Source: Thraustochytrium aureum
Lineage: Eukaryota
Length of the DNA stretch: 42,655 nucleotides
Assembly: GCA_012862495.1 (NCBI GenBank)
Contig: BLSG01000216.1
Span: forward strand, 108,378 to 151,032
Reading direction: 5' to 3'
Shown here: piece after piece, positions 1-12,693 of the stretch
Position numbering within the stretch: position 1 is the stretch's first letter
Layout of the letters: each line of letters opens with the position of its first letter
Program-made: the position numbers and the translations under genes
The notes under the pieces: generated by a model
Told to the model about the DNA's origin: nothing
Databases searched by the model: none
What the model saw: the letters and a program-made list of their open reading frames with translations, nothing else

Positions 1-120
1 CGTGCGCACTGTACGTGACAATGAAAGGAATGAGCATGTGAATGGGAATTTCGTTTCTCGACGTTGTCCGGTGTGTATCAACAGGGGGTGGCAGAGCGCG
101 TGGCAGAGGTTGAGTCGGCC

Positions 121-615
121 CTACGGCATGGCAGAAGAGCCGGCGTTGCCTGCAACGAATAGGGCTTGAAACTCCTCCCAGTCGATCTCGCCGTCCCCAG
201 AAGTGTCGAGCTCCTTGACCATGCGCTCGATGTCGATATTGAGGCAAAAGTCATGTTTAATGATTTTGATGAGCAGGTCGCCGTCAACAAACCCGTCTCC
301 ATCCGGCCCGCCGCCCACGGCCACCCAGGCGTCCATGATATCGCGCTCCTTCCCCGTGTCGTTCGACTCTAGCTTCTGGCGCGCCATCACTTGCAAAAAC
401 TCGGCGAACTCGATCGAGTTGGAGTCGTTGTCGTCCACCTCGCTGATCATGTGCAGAATTTCCTGATCGGTCGGCTTTTGCCCGAGCGCCTCCAGAATCC
501 CCTTGAGCTCCCAGCTCTCGATCGTGCCGCTGTGGTCCGCGTCAAACTGCATGAACGCCTTGTGGCAGTCCTCGATCTCCTCCTCCGTCAGCACCTCGTG
601 CACGTTGACCGACAT
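121..615 (-). CDS. Calmodulin-like EF-hand protein, flagellar outer-arm dynein 18 kDa light chain (LC4)-like, 164 aa
   Basis: ATG at 615 (MSVNVHEVLTEEEIEDCHKAF). EF-hand loops DADHSGTIESWE, DDNDSNSIEFAE and DTSGDGEIDWEE. The LTEEEI..CHKAF start and the degenerate third hand (DAWVAVGG) match my recollection of Chlamydomonas LC4 better than calmodulin or centrin. Confidence 0.8.
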   Translation of the reverse strand: MSVNVHEVLTEEEIEDCHKAFMQFDADHSGTIESWELKGILEALGQKPTDQEILHMISEVDDNDSNSIEFAEFLQVMARQKLESNDTGKERDIMDAWVAVGGGPDGDGFVDGDLLIKIIKHDFCLNIDIERMVKELDTSGDGEIDWEEFQALFVAGNAGSSAMP

Positions 616-1896
616 CCTCGGTGCCTCCAATCAGCAGCCAGCGGCCCTCGCACCAAGTCCGCGCCGCGCCGCGCTCTCCCTCGCGCCAGCCAAGGCTCGC
701 TCGCGACTCGAAGCCTTCACGCCACTGACTGGCACGCACGCTCGATCAACAACCACGGTCGCCGTCCTTGTGCTCCTGACGGTTGAGCGAACAGCGCGAG
801 CCCCAGCGAACGAACAGCCTTAGCGTGTAAGCTGCACTTCCGAGTGAGTACTCCTTATACCAGGGAAGGGCGCAGGCGGACGGACGCACGCCCACCGCAT
901 CCACGCAGGCGCATTGAGTGCGCGCGGGACTCGAACGGAGGTCGGCGACGGAATGCAACGCCTTGCATGCTGTCGGTCACCTCGGCGGCTTTTCTCCACG
1001 CCTCGCCGTCCTGGTGCACCTCGGATGATGCGATGCCTTCTTGCACGGCAGAAGGGCCTGCGCGGCCCGTGGACGGTGGATCTCGAGCGTTTTACCAACG
1101 CCGCCCCGGCCTCGCGGCATGCGGGCGCTCGCTCGCGACACGGCACCTGAGCTCGAGCAGAAAACACGCGAACGAGCACACCACAACGAGCGCCGCAGCG
1201 CAAGCAACGTGAAAAGCAACAGAGCAAGCCAATCCACCGCAGCGCAGGCCAGCGGCTCCACGCAGCGCAGCACCGGCCGGGCCAGCAGCCGAGGACCAGC
1301 GCGCAGCGCGAGCGGCGCAAGGCAAGAAACAACCAAACAACCAAACAAGGAAACCAACAATCAACCAAACAGAACACCAAGTCACGCGCCGCAACGCCGC
1401 AATGCCGCGTCGCGCAGCCGAGCGCGCAGCGCGCGAAGCCAAGCAGCGCCGGGCCAGGCCACGCGAGGCCACGTAAGTACAAACGCGTGCTCCGCGGCGA
1501 GTTCGTTCGCGCGTTGGAAGTCCGCATCGGTTTGTTCGTCGTCGTGGCGAGCGATCCACGATCGACGCGCATCAGTCAGTCGTTGAAGATTTGTGGAGGG
1601 CGACGGACACTGGGTATCGATCGATTCGTGGCCGCGGAGGAGGCCAGCTCGCGCGAGGCAATAGCGATCGGCAGCGCAGCACTCACTCAGGCTCGGCACG
1701 GCGCGGATCCGTCGAGCTTGGTTTGGTTGGCGAAGAATTGATTCGCGCGAGGGTTTTCGACAGGAAGCTGGCGGCTGCGCGCTGGTTGGCCGGCGTGCGG
1801 CACGGGACTCGCGCTGGCCTGCGACGCGGCGGACCCACGCGGTGGTGCAGCAGCGCCCGGGGCAGCAGCGGCGGCCTGCCGACGCGACACGACGGG

Positions 1897-2883
1897 ATGG
1901 CGGAGAAGGTGAACGCCGGGGCTGTGGCGGAGCCGTTCAGGGCGGAGACGCAAGCCATGATCCAGGCGCTGCCGCAAGGGGTCAAGCCGCTGCTCGTGGG
2001 GTTTCTGGCGAGCGACGACCCGGCGAGCCGCAAGTACGCCGAGTGGACCGGGCGCTCTTGTGAAAAGGACGGGATCAGTTTCGAGCTGCGCGAGTGCAAG
2101 CCGTTCGACCTGGAGGACCAGCTGGAGCAGGCCAACAAGGATCCGAGCGTGCACGGCATCATGATCTACTATCCGTGTTTCGGCAGCGTGCCCTCGTTCT
2201 ACGGAGGCAGGATGGACGACCACCTGCGCGACTCGGTAGCCGTCGAGAAGGACGTGGAGGGGCTCTGCTTCACGTACAGGCACAACCTATATCACAACGT
2301 GCGCTTCCTGCCCCACCTCACGGGCGAGGCCTCTGACAAAAAGTGCCTCCTTCCCTGCACGCCGCTGGCCATTGTCAAGATCCTTGAGTATCTCAAGGTT
2401 TACGACGAAGCGCTCCCGGTTGGCGAGCGCATGAAGGGCCAGACCGTCACGGTGATCAACCGCAGCGAGATTGTGGGTCGCCCACTTGGGGCCATGCTAG
2501 CCAACGACGGGGCTGACGTGTACAGCGTAGACATCGACTCAATCTACCTGATGCGCCGTGGCAAGATGCTCCCGAGCGATATCGACGTCGCAACGGCGTG
2601 CCGCCAGTCCAGCGTCATCGTCACGGGCGTGCCGACAGCAAACTACAAGCTGCCAACCGAGTGGGTGCAGCCCAACACGATCGTGCTCAACGTCTCGCAC
2701 TTCAAAAACGTCAACGAGGAGGAGCTTCTCAAAGTCGAGGGCGTCAAGTACGTCCCTCTCGTGGGCAAGGTCACTGTTGCCATGCTCGAGCGCAACCTTG
2801 TGCGGCTTATCAACAACTTTCACCTCCCCGACTCGAATGTGCAGGTTGTGGAGGCCGGCGGGCGCCTTGTCTCGAAAGCCTAG
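1897..2883 (+). CDS. MTD1: NAD-dependent methylenetetrahydrofolate dehydrogenase (monofunctional, yeast Mtd1 type), 328 aa
   Basis: First ATG at 1897. Motifs LVGFLAS, VHGIMIYYP, KDVEGL, LPCTPLAIVKILE, NRSEIVGRPLGAMLANDGA.VYSVD and VGKVTVAML.RNL are typical of Mtd1. Confidence 0.9.
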   Translation: MAEKVNAGAVAEPFRAETQAMIQALPQGVKPLLVGFLASDDPASRKYAEWTGRSCEKDGISFELRECKPFDLEDQLEQANKDPSVHGIMIYYPCFGSVPSFYGGRMDDHLRDSVAVEKDVEGLCFTYRHNLYHNVRFLPHLTGEASDKKCLLPCTPLAIVKILEYLKVYDEALPVGERMKGQTVTVINRSEIVGRPLGAMLANDGADVYSVDIDSIYLMRRGKMLPSDIDVATACRQSSVIVTGVPTANYKLPTEWVQPNTIVLNVSHFKNVNEEELLKVEGVKYVPLVGKVTVAMLERNLVRLINNFHLPDSNVQVVEAGGRLVSKA

Positions 2884-3530
2884 CCGCAGACAGCTCGCTG
2901 CGATACCGGAATTGCCACGCCAGCCCGGGCGCGCTTTCGACGTGCCGTGCATAACAAAGCAGTGTCTTTTCTTCCTTGGGTGACTGCAGAGCAGCGCCTT
3001 ACTGGTGCGATCCATGGTGCTACTGGGTTAACACTGCGGGAAAGTCGCCGATAGCGGGACATCTCTGCGCGCGAGGGAGGCCGCGCGCTGAAGAGCCCCC
3101 AGCCCAGTCCCGTAGGAGCCAGACTCTCAACCAAAACTCTGAAAATGGCGAAGAAAGCCTGACGGACAATGGCCTTGCGATGTTGACTCGAAACGTCCGT
3201 GACAAGCGTGTTGACGTAACCCTCGGATTAGAACAGTTGCAACAAGCAACCTCTTGGTGGGGCAGCCGGAGAAAACCACCCGCAGCCTGCGTGCCCCAAC
3301 CACCAGGCAGCCTCGATCACGAAGGTTATGAAGGTCTTGCCGGAAAGCGACACGCTAGCTGCATGGTTGTTGTTTTCTTCAGCGTCGCAACCTTACTCTA
3401 CCGCGCTAACTGGCCATGGCCGCGAGAATAGGAGCGAGAGGAGCAATTTCTCCAGAGTTTGGCGCGGTTGGCCACTGCCTTGGTTCGCTTCGACAACGAG
3501 TCACTGCGCCGCTGAATTCGCGTGCTCTGC

Positions 3531-3597
3531 TCTCGATTGCGTCAATGAGGCCCTTCGATTGCGTCTATGAGACCTTCGATCGCGTCTATGAGACCTT
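3531..3597. repeat. Short tandem repeat, about 21 bp x3 (CTTCGATYGCGTCTATGAGAC)
   Basis: Read directly. The first copy is diverged. It lies immediately 3' of the SGNH gene stop. Confidence 0.8.
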
Positions 3598-3601
3598 ATA
3601 A

Positions 3602-5888
3602 TTACAGCGCTTCTGGCGCTTTGGCCCCGATAGCGGAAAGCTGGAGCCTGCAGGACGAGCGCGGCCGCCCAACTGCGAGCGGGATGACCATTAAAGTCCC
3701 TGACACAAGGGCCCCTCGCTTGTCGTGGGTTTCTAGAGCGCTTCGCGGCACGTTCAACGGCGGGGCGAGCGGGATCTGCGTCGGGACAGTGAGCTTCCCA
3801 TCCCACCGTCCATCGAAGACGAACGACGAGACAGTGTCATCCAGCGGTGACATGGCAGCAAGCATCGTTGGCCCACGCCCGTGGCTAAGCCATGCGATGA
3901 TCAAGGCGGTCCCAAACGTTTCGTAGGAACGAACCATCGAGGTCTCGATGACGACTTGCTCGTCGCTGTGCCTCTGAACGCGAAAGCCAAAGTTGTAGAC
4001 GAGGGCTTCCGTTCTGTTGTCTTGGCCAGGGCAGTGGTCAAAGGCGAGCTCCGTTCGATGGCACCCATGCATGCACATGCACCATCCAGAATCGGCGCGT
4101 CTACTCGCCCCGCTTTCCGGCTCAGGGCAGGGATCGCAAGGCGTGGTCTTGTGTTCGACAGCGCGCGCAGTAAGAGTACGAGCCAAATTCACGCAAGTCA
4201 TGGACGCAGACGACCCAACCTGCTCGCCTTGACAAGCGCGAGCGAGCTGCTCGACTTGACTGCTGCCAAGTACTGCTTTGGCGTAGGCTTTGGGATTCCA
4301 CGAGTCACTCTCTTCGTACGCGATGTACGGGTTCAGCTCTGTGCTGAGCCTGGGGCCGTCGGGCGGGACAGAACCGGCGTAATGAGGGTCGCGTTCGCGC
4401 ATGAGCGCAGCTATCTGCGCTTCCCAAAGCATGCTCTGTACAGCGAGGCGAATAAACATAGACCCGAGCGTACCGAGGTGCGTCGAGTCCGGTCGGATCA
4501 TCAAATCTTCGGACGAGATGGTGGCCAGCTCTTTGAAACGACGGCTCAAGAGCATCCCCGTACTTGGCAGAGGGAGAAACAAATTCGGCACCGAGAGGAC
4601 AGAGATGCGGGGCGCGTGCGACTGAACCACGCGTTTGGCAATCTCGAAAGTGACCCAGTAGTCGTTCACAGCCCTTTCCTTGGGCCTTGACGAAAACGCC
4701 TTTCTCAGGCGCTGGGCCCGGATGTGAAACGTTGGAAGCGCGACCATCGCCTGCGAAATCGGCAGCAAGAGCTGCAGAACTGCAGCGTCTGGGTTCTTTT
4801 GCTGCAACTTGAGCAGGAGCGACTCTACACACGAGAGCTTCATGTCGTTCGAGTGGACCGCCTCCGCGTCGTTCACCGTGGTCTCGAACACAATAAGGTC
4901 CGCTGATGCAACGCGTTCAGCGTACACCCGCTCGAAGTGAAGCGCAGCATAGCAACTCGTTCGACCGCTGTGAGCAAGCGTGGAAACGTTGTGCTTCCCG
5001 GGGTAGATCGCCTGGAGTGCGCGGTCGATCTGGTTCTTGAAAGGGTGGGCCCCGCGCCCGTCCGTGTTCGAGCCGCCAATGAGCCTGCGACGGACTCTGT
5101 TACCGTAAGTGTCTGTGCAAAAAAGGTGTTACAAAAGTGAGCAACGGTGGAACTTACAAGACAGAAATGCCAGCCTTCGCGCGTAGTTTCTGCCCCAACG
5201 ACACGAGCGGCTTCGGATGGCCGACCTCGAAAATGTGACTGTGCGCAGTGAGCCGCTGAAATTCGGCTCGCTGGGCCTCAAACGGGCCATCCAGGACTGC
5301 GTCGAGCGCCCCACGCGCGCGTTTGAACACCAAGTCCGCGAGTTCACCCAGCGGTTGCTTGGGCCCAGATTTAAGGCCAGCCTGCTCTGCTGCCCTGAGG
5401 CCCTTTGCGGCTTCACGCTCCAGTTTGGCTCTCACCCGCTCGTTTGGTGTCGGAACGTGGTTCACGGCGTCCCGAGGCGGCGACAGGATCAGGAGCGGAT
5501 CACTTTCGTTGTTGCCACTGTCGGACGCTGGGCGCTGTTCCGGCTTCTGGAGCGCGGTGTCGTTGCGCCCGGCCTCTTCGGTGTGGGTTTGCGGCGCGTC
5601 AGCCAGTTCTGGGGCGAGCAGCTTGTTGCCCATTGCTGCCGAAGTGGTAACGGGAAGCCACTGTATGAGGTTGTTCGCGCCCGAGGTCAGCGGGCCCTGC
5701 AGGTTCGGCAAGCTGGGGCAAAACCAAACCNNNNNNNNNNNNNNNNNNNNNNNNNNNNNNNNNNNNNNNNNNNNNNNNNNNNNNNNNNNNNNNNNNNNNN
5801 NNNNNNNNNNNNNNNNNNNNNNNNNNNNNNNNNNNNNNNNNNNNNNNNNNNNNNAGGCCGAGCAGTAGGCAAGCCGGCCATGAGCCAT
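3602..5888 (-). CDS. SGNH/GDSL-family hydrolase-like protein, two exons (5888-5158, 5084-3602); N-terminus interrupted by an N gap
   Basis: Splicing out 5157-5085 joins ORF 5154..5888 in frame to ORF 3602..4927. The join restores block I (ISVLLIGGSNTDG), followed by block II (LAHSGRTS), block III (FETTVND) and block V (PDSTH). The start and frame across the gap at 5731-5854 are uncertain. Confidence 0.75.
5085..5157 (-). other. 73-nt GT-AG spliceosomal intron (phase 2)
   Basis: Donor TT|GTAAGT, T-rich interior, acceptor GTCGCAG|G. Removal deletes the TAA stop and gives a continuous SGNH motif. The alternative AG at 5113 leads to a stop. Confidence 0.8.
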
Positions 5889-6667
5889 GGGCTATCGGCG
5901 CGCCCATCTCGTTGTTCTGTTCCGCTCGCTCGTTCGAGTCCGTCGGCTGTAGCGGTCTGCACCAGCAACGGGCGTCGCTTGGGCCGTCGATGTGCGCCTT
6001 GTGGCGGCGTGCAAGCTTTTCTGCTAACGTAATTTTCGACTCGCATCGTTCCACGTGCCAGCCCAAGGGCCAAGACAATTCCGCTGGTCTGCGTTTGGTC
6101 TCACAGTCCATTGACCGTTTGGAATTCCTCTGAGATTTCCATGTCGTACTGCTGGAGGGGCAATCAAATTTGCGCGCTGCCTGCATACCTACATTTTTGT
6201 CCCTGGAGCAGCTCCGCCAGTCTTTTTTTGGTTTCGTCAACGGAAGCTGTCTTTTTGGTAGGCCTACTGGTCGTACTCTGCATTGCACGGCGCTGCGAGG
6301 TGGAAAATCAGTACCCCCGACCGAGGCGCCTCCAGCTCTAGAGACTACGTCGGCTTTCAAAACGAGAGAGTCTGCAGCAATGATGAGCCGGGAAGGGACT
6401 AATGACTTGCTGTGTACGCCCTGCTACAAACATTTCACATTTTTTCAACTGACATTTTCACGGCCAGCACTCCGTGACATCTCCCGCTGGACACTTTAGA
6501 ACAGAGACACTCGTTTGTTACGTCGTTGGCGGCGTTCGACTCTTCCCACTCTTCCCACTCACGGGATCAGCCTCGCGAGCGTTGGGCTTGTGCGAAACTG
6601 CGATCACAGCGCTGCAGGTCCTACAGCAAGCAAGGTCATCGGCGGTTGGCCACCACCACCTTGGTGT

Positions 6668-7154
6668 GCTGGAGCCTACCTACAGGACGAGCGCCTTCGG
6701 CCAACCGCGAGCGGGATGACACTTCTAAAATCCTCAAGGCGCCTTGCTTGACGGTTCGGGGGTTTCTTGCTCGCTTGGCGGCAGGTTCAATGGCTCGACA
6801 GCGGATCTGCGCTATCAAAAACGGACGACGAGACAGCGCCATCCAGCGGCGACGTCGCAGCAAGCATTATTGGCCCAAGCCCATGGCTAAGCCGTGCGAC
6901 GCTCAAATCGGTCTCAGACTTTCCTTAGGAACGAACTATCGAGGTCTCGATGACGACTTGGCCGACGTTGTGACCTTTTAAGATTTCAACCAAAGGGACC
7001 AAGGTCGAGTCCTGTTGTCTTGGTCCGATAGATTACCCAACCTGCTCGCTTTGACAGGCGTGCGCGAGCTGGTCGACTTGACCACCGCCAAGTATTGTTT
7101 TGGCATGGACTTCGTTTGGGATTCCAGAAGGCACTCTCTTCGCATGAGATGTAG
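6668..7154 (-). pseudogene. Decayed partial duplicate of the 3' part of the SGNH gene (about 3640-4330)
   Basis: Collinear nucleotide similarity (GCGAGCGGGATGAC, GAGGTCTCGATGACGACTTG, CCCAACCTGCTCGC, TTTGGGATTCCA). It has internal deletions and a TAC>TAA nonsense change at 6927-6925. Confidence 0.85.
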
Positions 7155-7535
7155 GCTTCATCATCACGGACGCGTCTTCAGCAGTCAGGCTACCTCTTCA
7201 AGCTGGAGACGAATGATTCTCTGAGTCGTGGCACTTCCGAATCGGGAGTCGACACGAGAGCAGCAGAGCAAGGCGGCGAGACCGGTTTCCTGAGAGTGCT
7301 TCTTTCCCCCACCGTCAGTTCCGCCCACGCTCCGCGCGCATCTTGCGTCACGCAAGGTGCAAAACTCGGCCCTCGTCACCCTACCTACAATTCACAAGAA
7401 ATTGCTGTGGAACTTGAACTTGTCAGGGAGTGTCCAAAGGCCGGCCAGCAGACGGTCGCTCGTGATCGTGAGAAAAAAATCATTTCTGTACTCGAGTCTA
7501 GAGTAGGCCCCATTCGTGCTCCGAGTCGTCCACAC

Positions 7536-10500
7536 TTACTTGTGGCCCCAGGCAAGGTCCTCTTCGATGTCGTCTTCGATGTCGTCCTCGTCCGGGTTGA
7601 GGTCAGTCTTTCGGGAGAGCGCATCGTCCAGATAAGAGTCAACGCCAACCGCCCGAGCGATCGTGTCCAGCATGCCCTGGTCAAGAAACGGGCCCACGGC
7701 AAGCCCGCGAGCCTTCATCTTCTCGATCAGTTGGTGCGCCTGCTCCAAGTCCCGGTTGCCAAAGTGGTGCTCAACGAGCGCAGCGTACACGTCGCCAACC
7801 CGCACGGCCGTGCTCACGTCAGGGTGCGACAAAAGCGACGTGCAGACCCGCTCCGCTTCGTCTGGATCGCTAACGAAGAGCTTCTTGGCGTGCACGAAGC
7901 GCTCGATGAGAGAGATGCGCTGCTGCAGGGACATGAGCATCTCATCTTTGAGGGCCTGGTCCGGGATCTTGGAGCAGTACTTGACCGCCTCTTTCATCGC
8001 GGCGAGCGACTTTGAGTAGTCGCCAAAGTCTTGCTCAAGCTGCGAGCAGGCTTCGTAAAACCCGGACAGCTGCTGGTAAGCCTTGGCCTTGGTGTAGTAG
8101 CTGATGATCGCCTTCATGATCTCCGGGTCGTTGCGCCAGTCCAGGCTCTGGAGGTAGTTGGCGGCCAAGACGTAGATCTCCCGCGAGCGCGAAACGCCCG
8201 CAAAGAAAATGATCTTCTCCGTATCGCCGGAACGAAGCAAGCACTTCATCGCCTTCAGGCGGTCGCCGGCCTGGGTGTACTTTTTAGTGGCCAGATGGTA
8301 CGACTGCTGTTTCTTGCAGCACTTGGCGAGGCTCTCCAGGAGACGCTGACGCCGTTCGTTGTGCTCTTTGATGCGGCTCATGACCTTGGCGCTCTTCTTG
8401 TCGGCAGCCGACGCCTGCAGCTTGTCGAGGGTCATTCGCTCTGCCATCTCCTCGGAGATGGTCACGCGCTGATTGTAGCACAGCTCAAGCGCGGTCTCGT
8501 AGTCCCCTGCGGTGATGTAAAGGTTGACTGCTTTGTCAAACTTGTTGTGCGAGATGAAAAACTCGGCGCAGCGCGATAAAATCTCCGGCGAAGACGAGGC
8601 CCCGGGCACAAACTCTTCACGCGGCGACCCAATCCCTGCACTGCCGTCCGCCGAACCGCCCGGCGTCCCAAGCGCGTTAGCGCCTGGATGGGGAGGGAGC
8701 TCTCCGCCTCGCTGAACAGGCAGGGCATCGCCCGCACCACGCTGCCCCGACTCCGGGCGGCCGGACGGCTTGCTCACGCCGAGTCCGTCTGCGATGTTGG
8801 TGAGCAGGTCAAAGAGCTCGGTTCGGAAGCAAAGGTCCAGAGCGCGCGGCACATTGCCTCCCTTTTGGTACAGCACAACGGCATCTTCAAAAAGCCCTTT
8901 CGTCTCGAGGTACTTCGCAGCGTCCACCATGGTGGCGGGCGACGCGCGCAGCGCGAGGTTGACGATCTCGGTGTCCAAGCCGTTCTCTCGCGCAAGGCGC
9001 ACGGCGTGGTTGTAGCGGCCGGCCCGAGAGTAGAACTGGATAGCTTCATTCAGCTCCCCGCGCTGTTCGCACTGGCGCGCCACGTGATAAGACGCCGAGG
9101 CACTCGTCGAGTTGAGTGCAACCTCAGACGCGGCCTCCATGTTGTCCATGCAGCAGTAGACGCGCACGAGAGAGAGCTCGTCTCCGGCTCTCTGGTAGAC
9201 GTGCACGGCGCGCTCGAGCTCACCGAGGCTCTCGCAGTACTGACCCCACCATTTCGTGAGCTCCTCGTCGCACTGCGACTGGATATAGCTTTCGAGCTCG
9301 TCAATCTGGTCTGCTTCAAACAGCATGCGCGGCACCTGCTTGCGGTGCGTCCCGGAGGCTTCGTAGTTGGCGATTGCCGCTTTGAAGTCGCTCATTGTCT
9401 CAAGATGGCGACCGTACTCAAAGTGCGTCTCGCGAAGGTGAATGCGGTCAAAGCTGTTGGCCACTTCGAGCGCCTTGGTCCACTGCCCACTCGAGCGGAG
9501 CATCTTGTTCAGGAGGTCGTAGCGCCCGCAGTCCGCGTACAGGCGCTCTGCATCGTCCAAGAGACCGAGTTGGATGGCAACCATGGCAATCTGGGCTTCG
9601 CGCTCTGGCTGCGCCTTACTCAGGCGCAGCGCAGCGGCACCTCGAGCGTGGCCCATGTTGCCCATGCACATCTCTGCGACATCCAGTCGGCGAGTCTTGA
9701 CGCACATGTGCGCCATATTTTCCCACATCGACACGTTGTCGATGAGCTTGACTGCGCGGTAGGCCTCGTCCATGTTGCCGATGGTCAGGTGGTAGCTAAA
9801 GTCGATGAGGGCGCGTTTCGTGTCCTCGTCGACCTTTTGGTCCAGGCCCACAAAGTCGCGCATCGTGCGCCCCTTGAGCCGCGGGAGACCGTCCACCGGC
9901 TTTGAGATGAAAAACAGGCGCGGAACCTTGATCCCCAGCAGGGCATCCAGACCGGGGTCAAGCGAGAACGAGTCTTGCATCATGACGCCGACCCGCTCGT
10001 CGGTTGCAAAGAGGGTCACGACCTCCACTTCAGCGACATCCGCGCTGGAGCCCTTGCGGCGCCCGCGCCGGGAGAGACGAATCTTCTCGAGCTGCTCCTT
10101 TTCCCGCTTGGCGGCGGCCTCCTCCTCAGACTTGGGGCCTTCGTCCTGCACAATCTCATCGCCCTCTGCGGTGTGGCGCAGCCGGCTTCCGCGAAGAGAT
10201 TCGCTCGACTTGCGCGCCGGGCGGTCTTCAAAGGTGCTGAGGCTCTTGCCCACCCGCTTGGCCTCGCAAGCGAGCAGCTTGGGCTCTTGGCCGTCCCAAA
10301 AATGCGAGATCGGATAGCGATGCGGTCCAAAGTCGTAGGGCTGAAACTCGTCCTTGTCCATGTTCCAAACGTGTAGGCGCGTGTCCGGCTCGCACATGCT
10401 CTGGCCACGCATCACATCGCAGAGGATGCTCACACGCGTCCCATCAGCGTTGCAGCGAATGGAACGAATGATGCCAATGGGGACCGCCTTGGTGACGTTG

Positions 10501-12511
10501 CCGCTGCGCGTGCGCTGGTGCTGGACAAACCTCGTGCCCGAGCCGACTTGGCGCGGCTCACGACGGGACACGTCGAACACCTTCAGAACGCCCTTTGACG
10601 TGGCCACCGCGAGGAACTTGCCGTTGATGTGCAAGAGGCGCGGCTCGCCCTCGTGCTCTGAAAAGGATATGTCTTTGCGCGACACGCCCTGCAGGTTTGC
10701 CACTTCGAGCTTGCTGCCATTCGCTTGGAAGATGGTCTCGCCGTACAGCGACATGGACTCCGCCTTGCTTGGAAACGTGGCAACGCGCTCCATGCGGTCC
10801 TCCTGAAACTCGTACACCTCAGCCTTCTTTTGGTTCCACACCAGGACGTGTGTGTCGTTGACGTCGATGCCTTTGATGCGCAGACCAACATGAGTCTCGA
10901 TCCGCGTCGAGGCCCCGCGCTGCACAAGGAGCCTCTGCGCGGAGACCTGTAGAGCGGCCACGTCGCAGCGAAGCGTGCGGTGGAGAATGGTCTCGTTCAT
11001 GATTGAGCAAACCCTGGGCATGATGACGGCGAGCGAGGACTCGCGCGGCCCCCAGCCGATGCTGGTGATTGGCGCGCCAATGGCGCTGAGCGTCGCTACT
11101 GCCTCCCAGCTCGCCGCCGAGCTGCTTGGATAGTGGAAGGCGCGGCCCGACCCAGCGTCCTCGCCCTTGCTCGGGTTGTCGCTCAGCGGCTCCTGGTTCT
11201 CCCCGTCCTCTACGGAGCTTGGCTCGTCGCTCGTTCTCAGAGAGGCCGACTCGCCAACAAAGCGCCAGAGGAAAATCTTGCCGTTCGTGGTGCTAGCAGC
11301 GAGGACCCGGGTGCGCGGGTTGAAGCAGATGCCGGAAATCGACTCGTCGCGAGACACGAATGCTGTCTCGTTGGCTCCCTCGCTTTCCTCACTTGCATCC
11401 TTGGACTCGTTGGACCCGCCAACTTGGATGACATTTGCGCTCGAGATCTGGCTTATAAAGTAGCTCTGGTCGTTTGCCACGTCCCAGAAGCGGACCATCG
11501 GCTCCGGGGCGCAGGTCGCCAGCAAACCTGGGCTCGTCCAGATCGCCTGCTGAACACCTGCTCGTGCTCCGGACGAGCTCATGCTCAGCTTGACCTTCGA
11601 CACCGCCTCGAGCTCCGGCAGTCCCTCGACGTACCTAAACTGGTGCATCGAGCCGTCGTCAGTGATTACGACGAGGACCTGCTCCTCTTCAAACCACGAC
11701 AAAGTTCGCAGCCCGGAACCGACGCGCACAGTTGCAACGACCTCACCCTTCAAGTTAAGGAGAACCACCGAGCCAAACTGGGTTCCAACGAAGACGTTNN
11801 NNNNNNNNNNNNNNNNNNNNNNNNNNNNNNNNNNNNNNNNNNNNNNNNNNNNNNNNNNNNNNNNNNNNNNNNNNNNNNNNNNNNNNNNNNNNNNNNNNNN
11901 NNNNNNNNNNNNNNNNNNNNNNNNNNNNNNNNNNNNNNNNNNNNNNNNNNNNNNNNNNNNNNNNNNNNNNNNNNNNNNNNNNNNNNNNNNNNNNNNNNNN
12001 NNNNNNNNNNNNNNNNNNNNNNNNNCATCCAGGCGCACGCGCAAACCGCCTCGCCGCTTCCGACGTCCCTCTTTGCTACCACAGCAAGCCTGCCGCGGTA
12101 GTCTGTCCGCCAAACGGCCACTGTGCCGTTCGAGTCGGCGCTCAGAAGGCGGCTGCCCTCAGGGCTCCACTCCACAAGGGTGACGCGGCCAGAATGAGCC
12201 GAGCTGTCTTCCTTGAGCGAGTTGTCTTTGATATTCCACAGCGTAACGGCGCCGTCTTCCCAGCCGCACGCGACAACTTTGGACCTCACGCGCCAGTCCA
12301 TGGCCATCGCGTCGCTATTGCTGCGCTCCAGGGTGCAGCCTTCGATGACATCTCCTTCCTCATTATAAAACGCGACCCCGCTCTCCTTGCGCGACACGGC
12401 GAGAATGCTCTCGCTCTTGCTCCAGCTCGTCGTCACGATCTCGCTCCGCCGCGTCTCATCATCGCCTTCTGCTGTGTCGCCGCCCACGGGGAAGTCGATG
12501 TACAGCGACAT
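7536..12511 (-). CDS. IFT140: Intraflagellar transport protein 140 (IFT-A; WD40 propellers plus TPR solenoid)
   Basis: ATG at 12511 (MSLYIDFP). N-terminal WD40 repeats; C-terminal hallmarks WENMAHMCVKTRRLDVAEMCMGNM and YHLATKKYTQAGDRLKAMKCLLRSGDTEKIIFFA..SR.REIYVLAANYLQSLDW. The frame change coincides with the N gap at 11799-12025. Confidence 0.95.
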
Positions 12512-12640
12512 GGCGAATCTGCCGCCGGCCGAGCTTGTCCGCCGCACGAGCGAAAAACCGTAGCGGGCGTGTCTAGCCAAACGCACCGGCGCTGCCTCGC
12601 CCAAGCCGCCTGCCTGCGCGCTCGCTTGCGCTTATCCCTA

Positions 12641-12693
12641 CGTGCCTGCCTGCCTGCCTGCGTGCGTGCCTGCCTGCCTGCGTGCCTGCCTGC
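12641..12693. repeat. (GCCT/GCGT)n microsatellite upstream of IFT140
   Basis: Read directly. Confidence 0.8.

Noticed and set aside
820..1896. Arg/Ala-rich ORFs and the N-terminal extension of the MTD1 ORF from 1591
   Set aside because: Non-ATG starts and low-complexity GC-rich intergenic sequence. Homology begins at ATG 1897.
11799..12025. Frameshift or split in IFT140
   Set aside because: The frame change falls within an N gap of estimated length.
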